Positions 23,209-31,035 of a stretch of 64,000 nucleotides of DNA are shown in pieces; position 1 is the stretch's first letter; each line of letters opens with the position of its first letter. The notes below the pieces were generated by a model, which made no database searches, was not told the origin of the DNA, and was given only the letters and a program-made list of their open reading frames with translations. This stretch comes from a virus: the IMG/VR virus record IMGVR_UViG_3300045988_107814, positions 128,001 to 192,000 of that record. One strand, 5' to 3'. The translations under genes were made by a program, and so were the position numbers.

Positions 23209-23541
23209 TATAGCTGAATAAGCACTTATATTACAACAAAAAGTTCGCAAGATAACTTTTTGGTGTAAACAAATAGAAGACTGGTGTAGAGATAATAAAT
23301 CGGGGAAGTGAGTTATGTCGTAGTTCTTCTCTACACCAGCCAATTTAGTGAGGAAATTGGAAATTTGATAGAAGAAAAATAAGGGAGTACTCTTAAGGGA
23401 GTTACCCTCTTGAGTACATATAGATGGGATATAAGGACTGAAACTTATATCCCTGAAGTAAAAAATTAGGAGGTCGCTAGTTTCCATGCATGTACAATAA
23501 AAACTAACTATGTCAACGCAAATCGTTGCGTGGAAAGTGTC

Positions 23542-23871
23542 TTATAGTCTATCACAGATATCTTTAATATGCTTATCACAATTATAGATTCTGTTTTCAA
23601 TTTTAGCAATCTGGCCTTCTGTCTCTGATACTAATTCCTTAAGCATCTCAAGCTTTTCTTTATAGAAACGCTTAGAAGCCTTGTAGTATCTACGTTCCAT
23701 CTTAGCTTCGGCAATACGAGTAGCTTCCAGTTCATTACTAATATCACCTTCCTTCAAGGTTGCTACACCTTCGAATACTTCATCTCTACCACAAACTTTC
23801 ATGTTGATAGATGCGATGATTTTTCCATCTTCGACCTTAATAGTCTTATTGTCTTCCAAAAACTTAATCAT
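23542..23871 (-). CDS. hypothetical protein (C-terminal coiled-coil-like)
   Basis: ORF 23542..23880; ATG 23871 is preferred over the TTG at 23880 (AAAGGAA upstream). Confidence 0.6.
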   Translation of the reverse strand: MIKFLEDNKTIKVEDGKIIASINMKVCGRDEVFEGVATLKEGDISNELEATRIAEAKMERRYYKASKRFYKEKLEMLKELVSETEGQIAKIENRIYNCDKHIKDICDRL

Positions 23872-23900
23872 AATAAACAATTCCTTTCTTTAATTTGGAA

Positions 23901-23976
23901 TGGTGAGATATAAGAGGCTTGAACTCTTGACCCTCACATTAAAAGTGTGATGCTCTACCAACTGAGCTAATATCTC
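23901..23976 (-). tRNA. tRNA-Lys (anticodon UUU), CCA encoded
   Basis: rc: GAGATAT-TA-GCTCAGTTGGTAGAGC-A-TCACA-CTTTTAA-TGTGA-GGGTC-AAGAG-TTCAAGC-CTCTT-ATATCTC-ACCA. Confidence 0.9.
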
Positions 23977-24145
23977 AATTGACATATATATTTTACATAT
24001 ATGTTAGGGTTAAGTAATTTTTAACAATTTAAAAGAAGAAGCCACTGAGCTAATGCCCAGTGACTTAAACCTTAAACTAAGAACAACCAATAGATTTGCA
24101 ATTTCAGCAATATTTATATTTGTGTAAATTTATAATAAATAAAAG

Positions 24146-24556
24146 TTACTGTTCTTCTATATCACTAGTATTATCTTTGTTTTCTTGAGGTACATCCTCT
24201 TGTGTTTGACTAGAAGATTCGCTTTTATTTATAATATTGTTGTATATCTGTTTAAGATCTATACTAAATCTATTCTTTACAATAATACAAATTGCTTCAT
24301 ACATACCAGTAGATGACAATCCAAGAAAGATAAGTACAATGATCTTAGCAATAATATTTTCATTATCATAAGTACCTGGAATAGCAAAACCAAGGATAAC
24401 AGAAACAACAGAGTTGATATAAGGAATATATTTATTGGGTAGTTTCTTAATAGTACCTTTCAAAATAGTACCAATAACAAAACAACCGATAACAATGATA
24501 ATACCATTACCAACAAATAAATCAGAAACGTTAGTTAAAATGTCTTCCATATTCAT
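24146..24556 (-). CDS. putative holin (Hol44-like) or small membrane protein
   Basis: Three hydrophobic helices and a charged acidic tail. KYIPYINSVVSVILGFAI...LGLSSTGMYEA resembles the Hol44-type pattern IP.i..vlG....G.aatGlY. AAGGAGG RBS. Confidence 0.5.
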   Translation of the reverse strand: MNMEDILTNVSDLFVGNGIIIVIGCFVIGTILKGTIKKLPNKYIPYINSVVSVILGFAIPGTYDNENIIAKIIVLIFLGLSSTGMYEAICIIVKNRFSIDLKQIYNNIINKSESSSQTQEDVPQENKDNTSDIEEQ

Positions 24557-24585
24557 AATAACTACCTCCTTTTTAATGATATGTT

Positions 24586-24622
24586 AAAAAATAAAGGCGT
24601 GGGTAGGATAACTCCTACCCAC
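24586..24622 (-). terminator. intrinsic terminator
   Basis: GTGGGTAGG/CCTACCCAC stem followed on the minus strand by GCCTTTATTTTTT. Confidence 0.6.
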
Positions 24623-24634
24623 AACCTCTATTAA

Positions 24635-25066
24635 TTAAAACGGAATATCATCTTCTAATAACTTATCACAAACTGCAACTACATTCTTTGACTCATCATC
24701 TTCTAATAACTTATCCATAGTTGTCGTTATAGTCTGCGATGGTTCATTTGTATTTACAAATGGATTTGTCTCATCACATTTAAGAAGTTTAGCACTTACA
24801 AGTGCAGCACTTTCTTTTCTATTTGGATCAAGAACAAATTCAGCATCGATAAAAGTAGGATAGATCATATACTTTCCAAAGTGAGGAATTGCCATAAGTT
24901 GAATATTACAATGCTGACAGTATGCTGCTACTTTATACATTAAATGATTCAGTTTATTAGGAAATCCATCCTTATCAAGTGTATAATCATACAATGAACT
25001 TTCTATTATATCTACTTGTCCTCTACAATAGGGACAAGTCCCGTCAATTTTAGTAAATAGATCCAT
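24635..25066 (-). CDS. zinc-ribbon protein, hypothetical
   Basis: CPYC...(about 40 aa)...CQHC four-cysteine arrangement. 143 aa. Confidence 0.65.
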   Translation of the reverse strand: MDLFTKIDGTCPYCRGQVDIIESSLYDYTLDKDGFPNKLNHLMYKVAAYCQHCNIQLMAIPHFGKYMIYPTFIDAEFVLDPNRKESAALVSAKLLKCDETNPFVNTNEPSQTITTTMDKLLEDDESKNVVAVCDKLLEDDIPF

Positions 25067-25069
25067 ATT

Positions 25070-25312
25070 TTAATCCCCCGATTCATATACAATTTTTCTG
25101 ATATCGCCAGATACAACTATTCTAGCATCAGAATAACGTTTACTATAACTTTCTGGATCATTAGTTAACATAGTATACTTCTTAAAGTTACCAGCAACCA
25201 ATACTTTACCAAGCTTAGGATTCATATTTCCGTTCTTAATACTAAGCTCCTTAATCTTATTAAGATGCTCATGTGAGAACATGAAATATCTAGTATATAA
25301 ACTAGAAGCCAT
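25070..25312 (-). CDS. hypothetical protein
   Basis: Start moved to ATG 25312 (MASSLY..), 8 nt after GGAGG. Confidence 0.55.
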   Translation of the reverse strand: MASSLYTRYFMFSHEHLNKIKELSIKNGNMNPKLGKVLVAGNFKKYTMLTNDPESYSKRYSDARIVVSGDIRKIVYESGD

Positions 25313-25327
25313 TATATTCACCTCCAA

Positions 25328-27058
25328 TCACTTATACTCTACATCTTGTTTGATTGTAAAGTTAGAAAGATTATCAAGTTTTCCAAGAATAGATTCAAGA
25401 AATTCTTTACCATTCTCAGTACCAAGTAATTCTTCTTTAGTTTGAAAGATAGAAGACATACTATAGATTTTTCTATAATCATCAATAAGTCTGTCTTGAA
25501 TATCTCTCCAATTACAAGGTTCTTGATAATCACTTAGATACATTCCGTCATATACCTTTGCATATGGACAAAGTAATCCAGTCATACCAGGATCACCAGC
25601 AGACGAGGTATCACAATCAACTTTTCCAATATGACTAGGATTAGCAAGTCTATACTTTACAGGAACTGCACTAGCTTTGTTTTCACCAATACCAGATGAT
25701 CCTTTAAAAGTATACTTTAATACACTGAATGTATCATCATCATTAACATTGTTTTTATAGCTTACTAGATTGTTTTTCTTAAGACAATCAAGAATAAACA
25801 TGTGATCAATATTCAATGTCTTAAAGAACTTTTCGATAGTAAGACTATTAATTCCGTTTGCCGCATTGATAAGAACTTTAGATAACTTAGCAGCATAAAA
25901 CCCTGCAATATATACAGCTATCTTAAGTTTCTTGAAAGACATATCGTAATTATCTTTATTGTATAATGCATCGAAATTGTACATCATCCAACGAAGAATA
26001 GCGATAAGATCTTCTTTATCTTCTTCTGGCAGTCTGAGTGTTTCTTTCATCATAATAGAGTAGTTCTTCTTTGTAGATTCAAGCATAGCCTGACCCTTTT
26101 CAACACTCTTATTTTTGAAATCTTGACCCAGAACACAAAGCCAATAATCTTTAGAATATAACTTCTCAAGACTAATAGCTTTCTTTGGACAATTCATAAG
26201 AATAGTTGCAATAAATGACTGAGTTACAGGTGCCTGATCCCAAATCATATATGGAACTGAGATATATACATTGTCCTTTTCATTAACAAATGCTACAAAC
26301 GATTCATTTGGCATATACGGTTCATCTTGAGTAATATATACTTCTTTAATACACAGATATTCCATTGCTTTTACAAGACCATATTTGGCCAAGAAATATT
26401 TACAAACCGGAATATCTACACCAAATAGATTTGTAGTGTAATTAATACACTGAACAATCTCTGTACTTTTTGTTCCATCTGAATTGAAGATTACATGATT
26501 AAGTTTATATTTCTTTTCAGATACAGTATGCTTTTGGAATACTTGTCTGAAATTAACACAACGCATCTTCTTCTTGTTAGAATTGTTGTTATAAGTCGAA
26601 GCATCTGCAATTTGATATAAAGTACTATACATAGTACCGCTAATTCTAAAGTAGTATTTATCTACAACCTTAGGAATATCAATGAATACAGATTTATCTG
26701 CAACTTCTCCATTGACTTCGATATGATAATTTACTTCAAGAAGTATAATATCACTATCTTTCAAGTCAATATAATCGTGAATATTATACATGATTCGTTT
26801 ATTTCTTCTCTTACCATCAGATTCAAGATCATAAACGATTCTCATTACATCTCTATAGTCATCAATTACTCTAAAGTAATTAACTCCAATAAAGAGTCGC
26901 TTACCCTCTACATTTACATTAGATGGTTCTGCGACAGACATGATAACTTTCTTGATAGCATCTACGATATCATACTCGCTTCTTATATAAAGCTTTTCAT
27001 TAAACGGTTCTCTGAAAAGTCTAGAATATTCAGCGAGCATAACTTTTGGGTTAATCAT
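25328..27058 (-). CDS. multisubunit RNA polymerase beta-like subunit, N-terminal half (split gene)
   Basis: C-terminal region FKGSSGIGENKASAVPVKYRLANPSHIGKVDCDTSSAGDPGMTGLLCP aligns with RpoB [39 protein letters not shown]. The start could be ATG 27058, 27064 or 27067. Confidence 0.8.
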   Translation of the reverse strand: MINPKVMLAEYSRLFREPFNEKLYIRSEYDIVDAIKKVIMSVAEPSNVNVEGKRLFIGVNYFRVIDDYRDVMRIVYDLESDGKRRNKRIMYNIHDYIDLKDSDIILLEVNYHIEVNGEVADKSVFIDIPKVVDKYYFRISGTMYSTLYQIADASTYNNNSNKKKMRCVNFRQVFQKHTVSEKKYKLNHVIFNSDGTKSTEIVQCINYTTNLFGVDIPVCKYFLAKYGLVKAMEYLCIKEVYITQDEPYMPNESFVAFVNEKDNVYISVPYMIWDQAPVTQSFIATILMNCPKKAISLEKLYSKDYWLCVLGQDFKNKSVEKGQAMLESTKKNYSIMMKETLRLPEEDKEDLIAILRWMMYNFDALYNKDNYDMSFKKLKIAVYIAGFYAAKLSKVLINAANGINSLTIEKFFKTLNIDHMFILDCLKKNNLVSYKNNVNDDDTFSVLKYTFKGSSGIGENKASAVPVKYRLANPSHIGKVDCDTSSAGDPGMTGLLCPYAKVYDGMYLSDYQEPCNWRDIQDRLIDDYRKIYSMSSIFQTKEELLGTENGKEFLESILGKLDNLSNFTIKQDVEYK

Positions 27059-27779
27059 TATCATCATCTCCTAACTTTATCGGTCCTTCCTTAGAGAGAG
27101 CGTTGTTGATATAATCTACATATTTATTATCATTAACACCATCTCCAATCCAAGGAAATACTAATGTCTTTCCAATAGGATTAGCTACATTAGGATTCAT
27201 ATCTTGAATTACTAGTGTAGCTCTTATATCCAATTTACCACAGATAGCTTCAGCCTTACCAGCAGTAATACTGTTACCTGAAAACTTTCTTTTATCATTA
27301 TTAAAGTCAGGACCAAATCTTTCAGCATAATTATTGATATTACAATGTTTAGCAGCAACGGCAGATTTAACTGCAAACATCAATGCTGTGTCATTAGTCT
27401 GATCAATATTAGGTGTGAATGCTTCATCACTAGATACAAGATGATTATATTCATCTTTAGATATCTTTTCTTTTGCATCCAATATATCCTGGAACGTAGA
27501 TGCTGAACCAAAATATGCTAAATGAGAATCTGAATAATTTTGTTTATCTTCTTCTGTAATTGGATAAACCATTGTCATAAAGATAGCACCATTAATATAA
27601 ACACCAGGCTTACTATAATCAATACCTGTGTTTGAATAGAATGGTAAAATATATCCATTGATATGAAGAGCTGTATTACAATCAATACAACAATTCATAT
27701 AGTCTTTAGAAAACATGTCACTCTGTTCTATTACTTCATAAATCTTACCATTTATAAAGGCTTTATTTTTTGCAACCAT
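27051..27779 (-). CDS. hypothetical protein
   Basis: Start moved to ATG 27779 (MVAKNK) after AAAGGAGAAATCTAAA. No motif recognised. Confidence 0.65.
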   Translation of the reverse strand: MVAKNKAFINGKIYEVIEQSDMFSKDYMNCCIDCNTALHINGYILPFYSNTGIDYSKPGVYINGAIFMTMVYPITEEDKQNYSDSHLAYFGSASTFQDILDAKEKISKDEYNHLVSSDEAFTPNIDQTNDTALMFAVKSAVAAKHCNINNYAERFGPDFNNDKRKFSGNSITAGKAEAICGKLDIRATLVIQDMNPNVANPIGKTLVFPWIGDGVNDNKYVDYINNALSKEGPIKLGDDDND

Positions 27780-27801
27780 TTTAGATTTCTCCTTTTTTAT
27801 T

Positions 27802-27840
27802 AAAAATAAAGCACCTGCCGACATGAAATCGACAGGTGCT
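27802..27840 (-). terminator. intrinsic terminator
   Basis: GCACCTGTCGA/TCGGCAGGTGC stem (one mismatch) followed on the minus strand by TTTATTTTTAAT. Confidence 0.6.
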
Positions 27841-27868
27841 ATTATTTTATCAAGCTATGTTAAAGGTT

Positions 27869-28609
27869 TTAGCTATTCATATCATTGCTACCCTTTGCGA
27901 TAGCTTTCATTTCTTCGCCGAACTGAATAGAAATGTTCTTGACATCCTTTACAACTTCGACAGAACCAGTTGCTACAACAACCAAAGAATTGCTATATTC
28001 TTCGTCACTCATCTGATCATTGTAAACTCCGATATAACCATCAATGATCAGTTCAACGATCTCATCGGTCTTTGCGTTAACATCAAACCAATGGTACAAA
28101 GTTTCAAATGCCTGCATAGTCAGCGTATAGATCATCTTCTCGTCGCTGATTGCATAGTTGTATGTCTTACAGAGAGTATTGTTGAAAATCTCCCAATAAG
28201 TCATGTTGCGTTCTTCGTCTTTAAAGTCGGTATAGTTTATCAACTTATCCTTGCTAATGTTCTTGATGTCAGCCGGATCGAAAGTGATATTATAGAAATA
28301 ATTCTCACCATCGGCATCGTAATCACTGACACAAGCTGCGATAAATTCACCTGTTTCTTTCTGAAATACAAGTGCTGCTTTTGCCTTGCACTTGAAGAAA
28401 GATGTGCTCATGATATCAGCACAAGTCTTGATTACATTTGCAAAGCAGTCAACGCTGCTATTGAAATGTGAACGTGGTGCAGGATTCAGACTAAGCTGAA
28501 CTTTGATTTCTTCTCCTGTGATTTTGTTTACAAAGCTAGGTGCTGCTGTTTCTACAGCACATTTATAGCTCTGTGGAATTGTTGATTCTCTCAAATAAAT
28601 AGTACTCAT
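27869..28609 (-). CDS. hypothetical protein (GC-richer gene)
   Basis: 246-aa ORF with GAGGAGG RBS, its own promoter-like motif and terminator. Composition is visibly GC-richer than neighbours. Confidence 0.7.
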   Translation of the reverse strand: MSTIYLRESTIPQSYKCAVETAAPSFVNKITGEEIKVQLSLNPAPRSHFNSSVDCFANVIKTCADIMSTSFFKCKAKAALVFQKETGEFIAACVSDYDADGENYFYNITFDPADIKNISKDKLINYTDFKDEERNMTYWEIFNNTLCKTYNYAISDEKMIYTLTMQAFETLYHWFDVNAKTDEIVELIIDGYIGVYNDQMSDEEYSNSLVVVATGSVEVVKDVKNISIQFGEEMKAIAKGSNDMNS

Positions 28610-28642
28610 CGTTAAAGTACCTCCTCAAAAATATTTTATATT

Positions 28643-28686
28643 GATAGAGACATGTGTGTCTCTTATCGTTTATATGATATATATTT
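28643..28686 (-). promoter_or_regulatory. promoter-like motif variant (TATATATCATATAAACGA) plus hairpin
   Basis: Minus-strand read: TATATATCATATAAACGATAAGAGACACACATGTCTCTATC (AGAGACA/TGTCTCT stem). Confidence 0.4.
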
Positions 28687-28713
28687 ATATCTTTGTTTAA
28701 CATGTGTTAAAAT

Positions 28714-31035
28714 TTAAACTTCACTAAGGTATGAAGACTCATTAAGTCTGAACTCATCAAGAGTAAGAATCTTAACTCCATACTTATTAGCTTTATCCAC
28801 CTTTGATGAAGTATAACCAACAAATGGAATCAACAAGAAGTCTGTTGTTTTTGTAACAGAACCTTCAGAACAATCATGACCTTGAATACTCAATCTGTTC
28901 TCAAGTTCCTTATCTCTTACACCAGAGAATCTGATAGTCTTACATAAAGTTACCTTATCATTCTCTAGTCCTTTACTTGTAATAACATTTGGCATATTGT
29001 TACAAATATATACTAGATCTTTGATAAAGAACTGTCGCTCTTTGATAATAGTAGTGGCTGTTTTAGGACCGATACCCCTACCGCTATTCTCAAGTTTATA
29101 ATATAATGACATATCACTATCTGTTGCAAGTTCATGCAATGACACTTTCTTCAAGATTAGTTTCCATTTCTTGTCTCCAATATCAGAGAAACCAAGAGAA
29201 CCAAGCAGAATATAATCTGGTACTTTAGAATCATATAAATGATCAATAGCCTTGATTAGATTTTCTGCATTTGTAGGACCAAGTGCCTTTGCTCTTTCTT
29301 CAGTCATTGACATAAGATCGTTAAATGATGTTAAATTAAGGGTCTTAATAGTTTCTTCAGAGAATCCTTTAAATCCTAATTTATTAACCATATTAACTAC
29401 TCTTGCCCTTGTTCTACCTGGACAACCAATATTACTACAGAATACACTTTTACTTGTATCTGATACAGATAACGGTTGACCACATTCTGGACAATTAGTA
29501 ATAAATCCAAAAGGTTTCAATGGATTGAAATCATTCTCAGGTACATTAGCTTTGTGGACATATGCCATTACATCATTAGTAAATTCAATTTCCAAGATAT
29601 CATTAGGTCTTAGATTTAACTTCATGAATCTAGCATAACTATGACCAGAACTCTTTGTGTTGATCATACCATAAAACTCTACTGGATCATAATGAATCAT
29701 CGGTGTTATATCGCCAGTAGCACCAACAGTATAACTAATTCCTCTACAACGAGTAAGTTTCTTTTTGGTTTGAAACTTAATTGCAATAGAATACTCATTA
29801 ATTGAATTAGATCTACCAAGAGTTTTTCTAATTTGAGGATCTAGATAAGATACAACTACTCCATCATACATAAATGGAAGAACATCTCTTACTGCTTGTG
29901 CTTCTTCTACGAATTTCTTTACTAAGAATAATACCTTGTTATAATCTCCACGAACAACTGTATATCTACAAGGTTCACCAGTAGCATAATATTTGTTCAT
30001 GAATTCAAGCTCTACATCTCTAGTCATATTATCATGACTTGTCTGCAATGGAACTAAAGTAATATACTTAGCATATTTTGAAGCCTTAGAATTACCAAGA
30101 ATACCAATAATAGCATTTCTTGCATTTGCATACGTTTTACCACATTCTGCATTGAGCTGTCTGATAGCATTATACGAAATAACTGCTTCAAACTTCATAC
30201 CAAATGGTTTAATATCAAATTTACCTACAGACTTAGTAAAGGTATATCCTTGAAGAATAGATGTCAGATCAGATGCTTTATCCATTTGGGTTTCACCTCT
30301 GGTTCTAGCACTTAATACTTTATCTGTTACTTCAGCTTCGATACTAACACCATCATATTTAAGCTCTAACACAAGCTCAATATAGTTTGGATTTATGATT
30401 CCTGCTTGTACATGTTTTCTCAAGAAATCTCTTTCAAATACACGTACATTGGGGTCATTATAAACTCCACAATTAATAGCTTCGCTATCCAATACAAACT
30501 TAGCTTTGTGAAGTGTTCCAACCAATTGAGGATACTTATGACTAGTATTTCTCAATCTCTTGGAAATAGTTTTATTCTCTTGAGAATCTACAAATTTAGA
30601 TTGACCATAAGAATTACGTTTAGTAAGTTCATTACCGAATAAAAATCCATTTGTATTCATATAAGGTTGAAACTCAAACAATGATCCTTTAGGTTCTTCA
30701 TCAACAAACTCTACATCAGACGTAGAGAAGTTTGTTAATTCTACTGGTTCTGCACCTACTTGAAAATTTGGATTATATCTCTTATACTTTTCAAGAAGCA
30801 TATCATAAACACCATCTTCAAGAACGAGAATACTTCTATCAGTGTTGTTATAGATAATATTAGAGATATGCAAGATATCATCTACAATACCTTGCTCAAC
30901 TTCTGTCAGTGGTTCTTTGTTTAATAGATATACAATATAGCTATTAATATTAGCGATGACATCTTGTGTTAAACAAGATGCATCACCAGCTAACAGTTTT
31001 TCCACAATTGAATGCATAGGTGAAATGTTGTTCAT
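28714..31035 (-). CDS. ligA: NAD-dependent DNA ligase
   Basis: Adenylation motif LELKYDGVSIE (K.DG). Zn finger CPECGQPL...C.N.GCP. HhH-like region and a BRCT-like C-terminus. ATGA overlap with the upstream stop. Confidence 0.9.
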   Translation of the reverse strand: MNNISPMHSIVEKLLAGDASCLTQDVIANINSYIVYLLNKEPLTEVEQGIVDDILHISNIIYNNTDRSILVLEDGVYDMLLEKYKRYNPNFQVGAEPVELTNFSTSDVEFVDEEPKGSLFEFQPYMNTNGFLFGNELTKRNSYGQSKFVDSQENKTISKRLRNTSHKYPQLVGTLHKAKFVLDSEAINCGVYNDPNVRVFERDFLRKHVQAGIINPNYIELVLELKYDGVSIEAEVTDKVLSARTRGETQMDKASDLTSILQGYTFTKSVGKFDIKPFGMKFEAVISYNAIRQLNAECGKTYANARNAIIGILGNSKASKYAKYITLVPLQTSHDNMTRDVELEFMNKYYATGEPCRYTVVRGDYNKVLFLVKKFVEEAQAVRDVLPFMYDGVVVSYLDPQIRKTLGRSNSINEYSIAIKFQTKKKLTRCRGISYTVGATGDITPMIHYDPVEFYGMINTKSSGHSYARFMKLNLRPNDILEIEFTNDVMAYVHKANVPENDFNPLKPFGFITNCPECGQPLSVSDTSKSVFCSNIGCPGRTRARVVNMVNKLGFKGFSEETIKTLNLTSFNDLMSMTEERAKALGPTNAENLIKAIDHLYDSKVPDYILLGSLGFSDIGDKKWKLILKKVSLHELATDSDMSLYYKLENSGRGIGPKTATTIIKERQFFIKDLVYICNNMPNVITSKGLENDKVTLCKTIRFSGVRDKELENRLSIQGHDCSEGSVTKTTDFLLIPFVGYTSSKVDKANKYGVKILTLDEFRLNESSYLSEV

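Larger units (their letters stand above)
22939..23453. ncRNA. candidate large structured RNA or origin-like element in a 660-bp gene-free gap
   Basis: At least ten strong helices. These include a 14-bp long-range pair (23013-23026 with 23126-23139) enclosing one of three paralogous hairpins, a 12-bp helix (23281-23292 with 23328-23339) and a 10-bp helix (23426-23435 with 23444-23453). There is no credible ORF or RBS. Strand unresolved; wobble evidence slightly favours minus. Confidence 0.45.

Noticed and set aside
23152-23487. 111-aa minus-strand ORF inside the structured non-coding locus
   Set aside because: No Shine-Dalgarno sequence precedes it. Its F/L/I/S-rich composition is typical of a chance ORF in AT-rich DNA. 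It also runs straight through several strong helices.
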